DNA of 63,082 nt, counting the filler, from Choristocarpus tenellus KU-1152 (lineage: Eukaryota; Protista; Phaeophyceae): assembly GCA_964200185.2 (NCBI GenBank). It is 9 parts of 9 records of this genome, joined end to end, with 100 filler letters (N's around TTAATTAATTAA, not from the genome) between each part and the next. Parts side by side here need not be neighbours in the genome. Positions count along the whole stretch, not along the records: positions 29,273 to 42,925 come from CAXNAD020001423.1; positions 43,026 to 46,635 come from CAXNAD020018966.1; positions 46,736 to 51,073 come from CAXNAD020015039.1; positions 51,174 to 54,675 come from CAXNAD020019600.1; 5 more parts are not named here. The stretch is one strand, 5' to 3'. The notes beneath the pieces are model-generated. The model saw nothing but the letters and a program-made list of their open reading frames with translations, searched no databases and had not been told where the DNA came from. Each line of letters opens with the position of its first letter. Positions within the stretch are counted from its first letter, which is position 1. This document shows, piece by piece, positions 40,535 to 52,229 of the stretch. The position numbers and the translations under genes are program-made.

Positions 40535-41685
40535 AAGTTCATGATATTGAGGTCGGGGTAGTTAGATGGCTGCGTCACAAGTCTAATCGACCAACCCTCA
40601 GACTTCCCTGACCCTGACAAGATCATTGAGTTGCCCTTGCCAGTGTGGGGGGTGTTGTCTTAGAGGGTATAGCCGCGTCCGTTTGGGGTCCAAAATCCAA
40701 TGTTGCGATTTTGATGTAATTTTGGCTATCATGTTTGTTAGGAAAGTCAATATCGTTGTTCCTGGCATACCTTTTCATAATGGATGCATTTTGCCTACTC
40801 CAAAAGATTTCGGAGTTGGCAAAATGTCATTAATAAACCCCACAGGAAGCCAAGCCCCAAACGGACAAACAGGTGAAAACTCATACCCTCTCAGATACTT
40901 TCACTTGGCAGTAACTCCTCCGTGTAGCACCCCCTGTACCACAAATGATCTAAAGTACAGTCCTGCTCATACACATCCCCCCTTTTTTTGTTCTTGCTTG
41001 TGCTGTCTACCGTTTTTGGCGCGCACACACACCAAACAACAAGCTTTCCATCAAAGCTTTGAGACGAATCTGGGCACGTGTTGGCTGCAATGATCATGGT
41101 TTTGGGGATATGACAACTCACTTGTGCCGCACAGTAGGGGACCCTGAAAGGTCGCTATCATCCTCAGGCGGAAATACCCTAACCCTTTCCCCATCAGTCA
41201 TCACGTAAAACTAGGTTTCACCCACATGGATCATTTTCGCCATGAAGGCGTACACGCCACGTTTCCGGTCCACTTGATTGCAAACAAAGTCCATTCTCCA
41301 TATCTTTTGCCACGGTTTAAGCTTGGGTTTGATTCAGTGGCAATTTGGCATGGACTCCATATCATCCAACTACATGTAAATGGAGCTCGTGCTATAATTC
41401 AGCCCCTTGGTGGCCATCTTCATTGTCACCTGATGCATTGTTGATGACCAATTATCAGAGTTGATACTATGTATTGCGGCCATCTTGGTCGGTGTGAGCT
41501 CCAAAGGCCGCCCACAACGTGCCACTACCCCTAGGTCAAGCTTGTGGCCACGGGCGAGATGATTGGCGACGTCCTCTCAGAGTCCTTGCATGTAACGCTC
41601 GGACACTCCAAACTCTGCTGTGAGGGCCAGCCCAACGTGTCGCAGCAGTTTATACTCACCAGGGACCATCGCGAGAGGGTGCCCC
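40535..41685 (-). pseudogene. Mariner-type transposase pseudogene, interrupted by a MITE
   Basis: Translated remnants: LTAEFGVSERYMQGL* (HTH), IKPKLKPWQKIWRMDF, MIHVGET*FY (HVDEKWFY), HIPKTMIIAANTCP..FDGKLVVW..SKNKKRG..ELLP, and DNTPHTGKG..GWSIRLVTQPSNYPDLNIMNL (QPPNSPDLNxxDL). Stops and frameshifts are present. Confidence 0.88.
40658..40906. mobile_element. MITE family A copy nested in the mariner transposase (left TIR truncated)
   Basis: TCTTAGAGGGTA ... TACCCTCTCAGATACTTTCACTT; splits the transposase catalytic domain. Confidence 0.88.
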
Positions 41686-42207
41686 ATTGAAAACGCAACC
41701 CTGGTATTCAGGGACACTTGGGGGCACCCTTCCTACACAGGGGGGTTGACGGGGGGGGGTTGCCATGCCGATGTTCTGACCCTTGACGTGCCCATTTCTG
41801 GCCTCAAAATCACCCCAAAGACCCTTACTTTGACGGCTCAAAGCACCTCGAGTTTATAACTGATGATCCTTGACCCCCATCTTTCCGAAAGCTGAGATTG
41901 TCAACCCGATTTCATTCTGTGGGGTTATTGTCCGATTTGGCGCCGTTCTCGCTCGGCGAGCCAAGGTGTTTCGCGGCACAAACTTATGGCATAGAGCTAG
42001 TATTATTTTCAATTTGTTTGCACTAATATTTTACATAATTCATCGTAAGTAGTTTAGGACGACCGTGAATTGGGTTAGAGCATAAAACGCTTATTGTACA
42101 CAAAGGTGGGGGGGGGGCATTAAGAAGCTAGAATATAACAATGTATTGTACCACTTGAGTGGGGTGTATTACAACTGATGAACAACAGTGTATCAAATGA
42201 GACGATT

Positions 42208-42488
42208 GGCTCAAAGTATCTGGGGGGGGGGTGGCGGCTGTCCATCTGGGGACAATTTCTTGATGTCGCGATATTTGTGTGATTTGGTTCCATACGTTGG
42301 ATGGATAATGAAAGTGCACTTTTCCTGGTTTGGTCCAAAATGGCCACTCTGGTGTAGACCCCCTCCCCCCCCCCCCCCACCCTTTTAGTTATTTCTTTTT
42401 TTTTCAGTTTCTTTGTTTTTTTTTTTTTTTTTGGAGGTGGGGTGAAAGTTNNNNNNNNNNCTCCCCCCCCCCCCAGATACTTTGGGTC
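42208..42488. mobile_element. MITE family B copy with an internal assembly gap
   Basis: GGCTCAAAGTATCTGGGG ... CCCCAGATACTTTGGGTC; flanks ATT/ATT; 10 N at 42451-42460. Confidence 0.85.
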
Positions 42489-44557
42489 ATTCCTGTTTTG
42501 TACGTTTCCATGACGTTTATTTTGGTAATGGGGGTTGGGAATACATTTGACTGAAAGATCAAATCCAAGACTTGAAGGTTAGACGTTTCAATTTGAATCC
42601 AAGACTTGTGCATTCAGTGCATGAATCGTGACCCACAAAGCAACGACCACAATTGTGAGGAGATTCCAGCAGAGGGCACAGCACACATACGTGCGAGAAA
42701 ATGACCGATCGGTTCTCACTCCTTGATTTTCGAGGTCAATTACTATCTTGTTATGGAACCCTAGGGATTCAATTATTCAATCCCAACAATTTTACTAAAC
42801 TTAAACTGAGCTTAAGATGAAAACGGAACTGGAGACGGTTGGTTCACATGGAAATGGGTACACTATCTCTGGAGGGGTCACAAAATCAGATACCAACACA
42901 ATGCCAGTCAATGAATGATAGGGGGNNNNNNNNNNNNNNNNNNNNNNNNNNNNNNNNNNNNNNNNNNNNTTAATTAATTAANNNNNNNNNNNNNNNNNNN
43001 NNNNNNNNNNNNNNNNNNNNNNNNNCTCCCCTCCATGGTAGCGTAGTAGTGTTCGGGGCTGGTAGGGGTACGACATGTGGGGCACGGGATGGGATGTATG
43101 GGTCTGTTGTGGAGTTATAGAGCCGAGGCACAGCCCAGATCCAGTGAGTGTGTACAGGAGAAAGAGAGTACTGGCTGTTGTATCTCGGAAAAACAGATCG
43201 CACAGTGTTCTGGTGTAAGCTGACGTGGTTGTTGGGATGGGTGTGGGTTAGGGTTCCTGGTGGGGGAGGCTGGCCTTCAAAGTCCCGTAATATCTCTTAT
43301 CACCTCCTCTCCTGCTTCCTCTTCCTCGTAGCCGTGTAGGGGCGGGTCCCTCTCCCTCCTACCATCGTCATGTGCCTCTAACACCTCTCTGGCCCCATCC
43401 CCTTGAGTGTTCGTTCGATTTTCCGTCCGGGCTACGCCATCCTGCAAAGATGAAACATGCCTACCTATTCCTGAAGAGAGTGGTGTGCTCTGCTTATGTT
43501 CCCCCCTTGCCCGTGCCTATCTCGTGAGCTGCCATTCCCGTCCTCGATCGCCTCCACCTCGTCCCCATGTGGGCCCATTCCGTTCTCTGTCCATCCTTCT
43601 CCATTCTGCAAAATCAAGACCTGGATATCTATTCCTAGAGCTGGGTTAATCCCTCCACTTATATTCGTTCCTCGCCCATGCCTGTCTCGTGCACCATCGT
43701 CGCCTTCCCCCATCACCACCTATTTGTATTATTTTTCCCTCTGACATTTTGCAGATGTGTCAGGGGGAAAACCAATGAAAAAGGTTTCCGTATGCCATAT
43801 ACTGTCATGCCGCCATACCGTTGTACCGATTGAGGTTCCTCGTCAAGCGTCCATGATTCCACCGACGGACCTTCTGTTACAATGAAACCATGGAATCTCT
43901 TCATGAGATCAATCCCACAGACTTGGGACAGCTCGTCATTCAAAGTTGTCACACATGAAAGATCCACTTGGTTCTTACATCTTGACTTGTGGTGATGAAG
44001 CCCCATCTCTGAAGATGCTCACAACTCCTCATTTTGCACTTGTCCAAGCTTAACCTTGTACCCTCAGATACGGTTCGTCTTTGTTCATCTGGTCCATCTT
44101 GCCTGGTGACTCTCTTTACCACCCTTACCTGAGTGAACCGCGCCGCCACAGAATTACACAATTCACATTGGCGACACCGTTGACCTCAGAAATAGAGTGA
44201 AGGGGAATTATTGTTTGACCACGGACGAAACATGCTGAATTCAAGATCGAGGCCAAAACGTCGTGCACAGGCTGCCTGACCCCACGTCTGTAACCATCCA
44301 GAACACCAGAAGAAGAGATTCAGGGACACGAGTCTACAGAGGACATGGAGTCTTCAACAAATAACGACTCTGATTCGTCTAGTGTCGCGTCTACTTCGTC
44401 TAGTAACATAACACTTGCCAAACGTAGACGAGGTTCCCCTCTTTCCCCCCAAACAGATCGTCAGGCTCATGTCAGACCCGTGTCATCAACCCTAGAGCAC
44501 CGTGTTAGCTCGGGCAACCATGACACTTGTCAGGTCCTCTTTCAGGAAAAAGCTTCC

Positions 44558-44731
44558 ATGCACACACCAGCTGTCAGTAGTGGTCATATCAACATTTTGA
44601 AATCCGATGCACCTGTATCTATCACCATTAGAACCATCCATACACCAGCCGTCAATAGTGGTATCACCAACATTTTCAAATTCGATGCCCTGTATTTATT
44701 ACCATTAGAATCGTGCACACACCAGCTGTCA
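44558..44731. repeat. Degenerate ~78-bp tandem repeat x2.2
   Basis: CAYACACCAGCYGTCA..AGTGGT..CAACATTTT.AAAT.CGATGC..CTGTAT..ACCATTAGAA recurs. Confidence 0.75.
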
Positions 44732-45863
44732 CTATGTTACAGCGTTCCTCTGAACTCATCTCCACAGGATGTGTATCTCAAATCCAACGACCTTAAAACG
44801 ACACTATGGGGGCGTTGCCCTTCGTAACAGTTTGTAGGGTGCCAGATAGCCTTCTCTCTTGATCTTCCACTCAGTGCTTAGCTCAAAGCTCGACTCAAAG
44901 GTTCGTTCAAGATAAAAAGACTGAAAAGAGGGGTCAAAGGATTTTGACCAAAAGCCCTCTTATTATTTTCATCATCCACCCAATTTCTTCGGTCTTCTAT
45001 GCAACTGCTCCATACGTACTCCAAACATAAATCTTATTCTGCAACTTCTTAGGAACTTTGACACTTTCTTCTGTAATGTGACGTATGCATTACGAATCTT
45101 ACTCTGTACCTTCTACGAAATCAGCACTCTGTAAGGCTACCTATGTGTTACTAATATCGTATATTGTTCACACTTGTTAGTACGTGAGAAACAATCCTCG
45201 CACTATTCGTCTGTCACAAACGTTTGTGTTTGCTAAAACATGAGAAGAAATGCTCGCGCTATTCACGTGCAACAAATGCTCGCACTTTGTTAGAGCACAA
45301 GAAGAAATGCTCGCGCTATTCACCTGTAACATGCCCCCCAGCATGAACTAGCAATACATGTTTCATGCTTACCGCAGGCGATTGTTACCAGTGAAGACAA
45401 TAAATATCATCAATCACCTCAGATCATCCTGGGGCAAGGAGAAAGAAAGAAGAAAAAAATACCTAACTCCTAACATGTCCAAAACATATATCCTTCTCTA
45501 CTTGGAGAAATCTCTCTACATGCAGCCCAATTTGAGTAAACATTTGCTCTTCCTAAATAAAGCTTCCCCAAGGTGCTAAGTATCATCTGATTATTGCCTG
45601 TCTCATGCCCCCCAAGCACGAAGCATACTGACGACTGCTAGTGCGTGAAACAGGCAATTAGCAATTACATCAGCATCAGCATTAAAAAAAAATGAGACAA
45701 GGCACAGAAAAGAGAAGACTGAAGAAAGAGCAGAATAAGAAATTAAGGGGATCAGGTACCTGGTCTGACAAAAAGAGAGAAAAAAAAATGAAGCAAGGTA
45801 TAGGTAAAACAAGAAGAAAAACAGAAAAAAGAAAAAGAAATGCAGATTAAAGGGGATCAGGTA

Positions 45864-46635
45864 CAGTGGGTTACCCGATTTGGGGCCAAATATTATGAAC
45901 CAAATCGAAAAAATACGCAATTTTGTACCGCTTTTTCGACATACTCAAAATAGGATTTTGTATCGGAATTCTCGTATTCAGGCGATTTGGCACAAAATCC
46001 CAGATATTATTCACACGAGTTTGGCGCGCGCGTAAAAATTTCTCGCGAAAAGTGCCCTTCTTCCTTAGTCATGCTACCATACAGCAGTACAGTACGTTGC
46101 TGGNNNNNNNNNACCGGGTCTGCCTTTCTACACAATCCACAAGTGCCGTAAGTGCAGTGGGTACCTATGGTATATGTGGTGTAAAGGATCCCAAACTCGA
46201 CGATGACTGCAAACGTTTGTGTGAGGGGCAGTGCTTGGCACTGCATCAAGTTGTGGGCGCTGACGGCAAGAGCGCATTGTTATCGGCTTTATCACTCGGC
46301 TCGCTGAATGGTAGCTCATCTGGTGCTGCAGCTGGCAGCCACAGGCAGAAATCTAGTGCCCCTTCCAGGAGGGGCCATGGGTCAAAGCGGTCCAACTTGA
46401 CATTGGACACGAAGTCCGAAGTGCTTGACCACCTCAAGAACAAGAAGCTCAAAGTCACTTTCGTTGCAAAAAAATTCAACATCACCGAAAGGACGATGAG
46501 GAAAATCCGGGCTGAAGAAGAGAAAATCATAGAGCAACTCGATTCGAGACCGGGGGCAGGGAAAGCAAAGTCTCTCAAAGGGCTTAGGTTTCCCGAGGTG
46601 AGTCTGCAGTACTTTTGAATTGTGCGGTTTTTAAG
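45864..46635 (+). mobile_element. 5' end of a pogo/Tigger-like element with a CENP-B N-terminal (psq-type HTH) coding segment at about 46380-46597
   Basis: TA|CAGTGGGTTACCCG start (pogo-type CAGT terminus). KRSNLTLDTKSEVLDHLKNKKLKVTFVAKKFNITERTMRKIRAEEEKI..KSLKGLRFPE matches the CENP-B/Tigger first HTH. Truncated by the linker. Confidence 0.7.
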
Positions 46636-47503
46636 NNNNNNNNNNNNNNNNNNNNNNNNNNNNNNNNNNNNNNNNNNNNTTAATTAATTAANNNNNNNNN
46701 NNNNNNNNNNNNNNNNNNNNNNNNNNNNNNNNNNNCCCCCCCCCTGCGAGAACTTTTTCAAACCGATGGCAGACAAAATGAGGAACTGCTTATTTAATTA
46801 TACACTACTAGTACAAACAAACATTGCTGTGCCCATGGAGAAACAACGGGTCAAGGAATATCGTATTTGTTTGTTCTTCGAGTAATTATTCTTAGAACGC
46901 ACAAGTCGCGGGACAGCGAGGAGTTGGACAAGGCGGAGCAAAGCACAGGGAACAAGCAGTGTGAAGAAGGCTGGCTAGAGCCAGTGCAAGATCGACGGAC
47001 CCAACGGATAGGGTGGATGGAAGGCGTTCGTGATTGGCATGAGGAGATGATGCACGATACCAAGAGTCACTACCCTGCGACTTGAACGTAACCACCAGGT
47101 GCGAGATGGAGAGCAGACGCACGATACAGAGGAGAGCCCGCTAACGGCGATGAGCTATAGAGTCAGCTTGACCCGGTCCAATCGGGGTCATGTCCTTTTA
47201 CCATATTTACTGCACTGAGTCAAAGGCATGGCGAGCTTGCGTGTGAGTAGAAGTATGAGGAAAAGAGCCGGTGCTGGTGTAATCCACAGAATTGATGAAC
47301 AGACAGATTGGGAATCTCTTTGCCATATAAATAAATAAATATAATAGCGGTGTGTTCGCCATCGCCAAGTCTTTTGATCTCCTTGACAAGGTATGCTAAC
47401 CCTAACCATTTATGTTCACCTCACTACCGAGCGATCTTCTTCTCCAGCTTTTGCTGTTATTATTATTATTATTATTGTTATTATTACTGTTGTTGAATCT
47501 CAC

Positions 47504-47871
47504 CTCCCGTACTGTCCTGGCTCCACATCCTCCGTTAGTACGATAATGTCCCCCATCACAGATGCCACCTCTACAGGGTAATCATTCACCGCCTTCTGGG
47601 CTCCGTCTTGTCCTCCTCCCGGCACTGCCACTGGAGCTGCTACGGGGTCTGCCACCAGAGCAGCCACAGGGGCAGCAGTCTCCATCGTAGCAGCTCCCAT
47701 AGCTGAGCCCGCCCCCTTCGCTTCTCCCTCCAGGGGTACAACTGTGTCAGTATTGTTGACTGTTGTGGAGCGCCAATCAATCAACGCCTCCGGGCTATCT
47801 GCAAATCCCAGATAGATGCTCTCCCAGTCTCTCTCTCCTTCTAGATCTAAAAATCCCTCGGCTCCAAAGAC
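47504..47871 (-). CDS. Hypothetical internal exon (acidic, Ala/Val/Pro-rich)
   Basis: tag|GTC ... AG|gtgaga boundaries around an open, GC-richer frame VFGAEGFLDLEGERDWESIYLGFADSPEALIDW...PVEVASVMGDIIVLTEDVEPGQYG. No family recognised. Confidence 0.5.
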
Positions 47872-48934
47872 CTATCGTAAAATATGTTTTTTTAATGTGA
47901 TAATGTACAACACATGCAAACACATAGTTCAAAACCATTGTATAGTGTATGTTGCAGGTGGGTTAGGTGGGGGGGGGGGGAAACCTGATTTCTTGACAGT
48001 GACTGGCAGGGGCTATTGAGCGAGAATTGACAATGCACTGCGATTAAAATTAGGATGATGGAAGGCGTTTTGGTCATTTTCTGACTTGACCGCACATCTT
48101 GCAGTTTCAATGTTTCTCTCTGCAGTCTTTATATTCTTTGGGAGGCGTTTCTGGACTCAGGGAAAAAAACCCCATGGGTCTTACTATCGTGTATCTCTTA
48201 CAGCAATAGACTTGTCTTCCTTCTTTCTTTTTAAAGTGCTCTTGATACGACCCTCCCACTCCCCCTCCCCCTCCCATGCAGACTTTCTCAGTGTTTCTCC
48301 TGTAATATATTATCCCTACAATATAGCGCCACGCGCACCACCATGCAGTCACACGTCACACACAGAGTCGTTGTACAATATTTTATTTTGTTTATGCAGT
48401 CCTCTTCTTTATTTTTCTTTAGTGAGGATTGCCGCTGCCAAGAGAGTCTCGTCCCTAATCCTATCGCTTCGGTATCACTAACACACTACTTTCTGGCAAT
48501 TCCACTCCTTTCCTAGAACTTGACTAACTTGAACTTGACTAACATGAACTTGACTAACTTGCTGACTAAAATTCCCACCGTCTTATTATAAAACTCATCC
48601 CTCTCTCGCCTCTACACTCTCTGATGTCTCTCTCTCTCTCTCCCCCCAATCTTCCACCAAAGAGGGTACTGTACCTTCTCAATGCCGAATTTCCTAACCC
48701 TAACCCTAATCCTCGATGACGTATTCCAGCCTCCGATGGTGGAGATCTCAACTGAATAAACCATGCTCTCCTCTGCCCCTCTGTCCACTCTTAACAACAG
48801 TTTTCAACACCTGTGTACCAGCGTGCTGCTACAGCTCTGACCAGCTCTATCCACGTGTCAATCTCACGTCTGTTGCGTCTTACATGACCTGTACGATCCT
48901 GACTCTTGGTCTATCATGTTTGTCAACATGTGTT

Positions 48935-49124
48935 GGCTCAAAGTATCTGGGGGGGGGGGTCTACACCAGAGTGTCCATTTGGGCCCTGACCAGGAGAAGT
49001 GCACTTAATTATCCATCCACACATCCGACACATGCAATCTAAACCACCCCAAAATCACAACATGGAAAAATGGGCATCAAATGGACAGCCGCCGCCACCC
49101 CCACCCCCCCAGATAGTTTGAGCC
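48935..49124. mobile_element. MITE family B copy (opposite orientation)
   Basis: GGCTCAAAGTATCTGGGG ... CCCCAGATAGTTTGAGCC; TSD TGTT/TGTT. Confidence 0.92.
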
Positions 49125-49476
49125 TGTTCACTTTCATCTCGCACGCCTTCCATGACCACAGACATACAGGAGCCAACTACTTCGTCCCTTGACTAACCCC
49201 CCAGGCTAGCACCAGGCTCGTCTGTCTGTCTGTCTGCCTCGTCTGCAAGCGAGCATCAAAAGACTGAGTACTTCAACAGAACACAGTATATATATACATA
49301 TATTTAATACATCGGCATCACATTTTTTTTGTTGGGGATAGTGGTTCCGTGGGCTAAACTAAAAACCTCTTAACGTTCTATCAATCGACTGCAGTAAGAT
49401 ATGCACCGGCTCTATTTACATGTGTATTGAATGAGTGAGAGAGACCGCAGAACAAGTTCCCATGCGCCCCCGGTGG

Positions 49477-49604
49477 CAGTGTGCAGTGTCCAAGGGTAGC
49501 CAGTGTGCAGTGTCCAAGGGTAGCCAGTGTGCAGTGTCCAAGGGTAGCCAGTGTGCAGTGTCCAAGGGTAGCCAGTGTGCAGTGTCCAAGGGTAGTCAGT
49601 GTGC
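49477..49604. repeat. 24-bp minisatellite x5
   Basis: CAGTGTGCAGTGTCCAAGGGTAGC repeated almost perfectly. Confidence 0.95.
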
Positions 49605-51580
49605 TGGTGAGTTCCTTGCGCAGGACGATCTGACTTTGGATTGATGCACACACTTTTGATGATGTATGATGTATGATGTATCTATCCTCGACTGCTGCTG
49701 TCTCAGGACTTAAGGGCTCACAGTTGCCTCATGGCCTGGTCATGCCCTGGTGTTGAGGCGTTCATGTGAACTGGGTAGCATTTATCTGCTTAGCTGCAGG
49801 GCATGTATATGTATTGCAGGGTATATATATATATGTATCTTTGGGACACAAGAAGGCAGTAGTACAACCTAGATATGTGGTGTGTATGTATAGATGCATT
49901 GTGTATTTGTGTGTGTGTGTGTGTGTGTGTATGTGTGTGAACATATCAGCCTAGTCTGTGAGGTGTTTTGTATAGTGGGTGCAACACTGCTTTTAAACGT
50001 TTGTCTAAGGACTAACCCCAACCTCAAAGAATTTTCTCCATGAGCAGTGAAATACATCACACAGTGTTGTACCCATCACTATAGTGCTGTTACAATTTAC
50101 CACAAATACTTCCAATAAACTGTACTGAATACTCCCATATTTAATTTATTATTGTTGTTGTCAGAAGCACTGTTATATTATCTTTGGAAACAATTGTTCC
50201 TGTTTGATGAAAGTTCCTTCACTGTGACAAAATCTGATGTATAAGAGAAAAGCTGAATTTCGTTCCCTGAAACTGACTGATTGAGATGGGGGGGGGGGGC
50301 ACAGACACAGCAGCACCCAGTGAGCACCCTTGAACACGTTCATAAATATTGATATGGCAGTTTTCTGAGTGTGAGTGTGCTTGGGATGTTAAAAAAACGA
50401 AAAACGTATTGACATATCAAAAAGAAAAATATTTGTGAGGAGTCGGGTTCATTACCATCAGGATCATGAAAGTAGTCACCAGCAGCATCGAGAAAAATAT
50501 AACAAACAAGGGAGTTATAAACGCCATTCTTTTTCTTGGAAAAGGTTTTGAGGGGACAACAAAACACATAGCCAGGCACACACACGGGCACACACAGACA
50601 AGAGAATAAAAAATAATAAGAATTAATATTTGAGAAAATGATCAGCATCTAGTTTGAGAATCGGGGCCAAATAGAACAATTATAAAAAATGAATAAAAAG
50701 TAGGACACAAAGGTTTAGGATTAGGATTAGTATTAGGGTTAGGGTTAGGTTCAAGACCTCAAAAAAAAGAGAGGAGATGATGAGATGCAAAATGGGAGAC
50801 TCAGAATGGATACACGGAAGCATCACCCCCGCCGTCGTCTAGTGTCATCACCCCCACTGCACCTCTTCATGGAACATCGACCCTATCGTGTGAGGCCCTG
50901 GAGCAGTTACGCCACTTCCGCCAAGTGATGTCACCTCAATATTCTTGATGACCTTCCAAGAGCAAGAGTGACAACGGTCAGGGTGGGCAGGGTAACCAAG
51001 GAGACCGCAAAAAATGACTAGAAAAAAAAAAGGTCATATTCAAAGCTTCAACATAGCTAGGCAATGGAAGGGGNNNNNNNNNNNNNNNNNNNNNNNNNNN
51101 NNNNNNNNNNNNNNNNNTTAATTAATTAANNNNNNNNNNNNNNNNNNNNNNNNNNNNNNNNNNNNNNNNNNNNAAAACGGACGCCGGCCCCCCCCCCCCC
51201 CTAGATACTTTGACGATGAGGATAATAGCTTAATGGTGGAAGGGTTTGATGTTCTGGGACTTTAGGGAAATTTATGTGATTTTTTCTTTCTAGGAATTGA
51301 CTCTTTGATGTGTCCAATACTGTGGTGATTAGAAGTTTTTGAGTAGGTTTTAGAATTGGGCAGGGAAGTGGACATCACATTGTCGTTATGAAGGAAGTCT
51401 TGAACTTATTTCCAAGTAGTCTTGCTTGATATAAGGATAAGTTACCATGTTTGCATCAATGCATGGATGACCAGTCTTGTACAATTCTTTACTTCTTAGT
51501 GCATATATATAGCAACCATAGGCTGGTTGTGTAATGGTGTAGAGCAGCAAAATGAATTCGACTCACCAATTGTTAGACAT

Positions 51581-51880
51581 GAGCCAAAGTATCTTAGAGC
51601 GTAGAGCCGCATCCATTTGGGGTTCAAAATCCAATGTTGCAATTTTGATGTAATTTTGTAATTTTGTAATTTTGTAATTTTGTAATTTTGGCTATCGTCT
51701 TTGCTTGGAAGTGTCAATAACCTTGTTCCGGATATATACATGATACCTACTCCACAACATATATATTTCACCTACTCCCAAACATTTCGGAATGGAAAGA
51801 TGACATTAAAAAAATCGTGGGAAGCCGAGCCCCAATGAACAAACAGGCCAAATCTCGTACCTTCTAAGATACTTTCACTC
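51581..51880. mobile_element. MITE family A copy with internal (TGTAATTTT)n expansion
   Basis: GAGCCAAAGTATCTTAGAG ... TAAGATACTTTCACTC; TSD ACAT/ACGT. Confidence 0.9.
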
Positions 51881-52229
51881 ACGTAAAGGTTACCAGTATG
51901 GATGGCTCAAGACTCAAGGACGTAAAAAACGCTTGCTTGCTGTTCAAACTTGGTTTTTGATTGCATTATACAGTATTCAGAACAATAATCTATAGCTCGC
52001 AACGGTTGCGGAAATTAGTTTTTCCGCAAACCTTTTCGGGGACCTAGGTTCATTCACGGTTCTGCTAAGAAAATGACCATATACTTGAAATTTTCGAGAT
52101 ATTGTTTTTTCTCCTGGCATTTTTTTAAAGATCGAGTGCATTGCATTGTCCGGAAATGTACAGGGTGAGCAGGTACGTTTGTGTGTGCGCGTTGGTGTTC
52201 TCCTTTCTGCGTCTGCCATGTGTTTTCAC

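Larger units (their letters stand above)
40267..42000 (-). mobile_element. Fossil Tc1/mariner DNA transposon (DD39D/plant-mariner-like), 1.73 kb, TA target duplication
   Basis: Left end TA|CTAACTCCGTGCCATAAGTCTGTGTGCCGCG; right end CGCGGCACAAACTTATGGCATAGAGCTAG|TA (about 30-bp TIRs resembling Stowaway/mariner CTCCCTCCGT). Contains a transposase pseudogene. Confidence 0.9.

Noticed and set aside
41972-42002. Helitron-like CTAG|T 3' end
   Set aside because: Better explained as the mariner right TIR plus TA TSD, matching 40267-40297.
49381-49653. Three overlapping ORFs with 8-aa repeats
   Set aside because: By-product of the stop-free 24-bp minisatellite.
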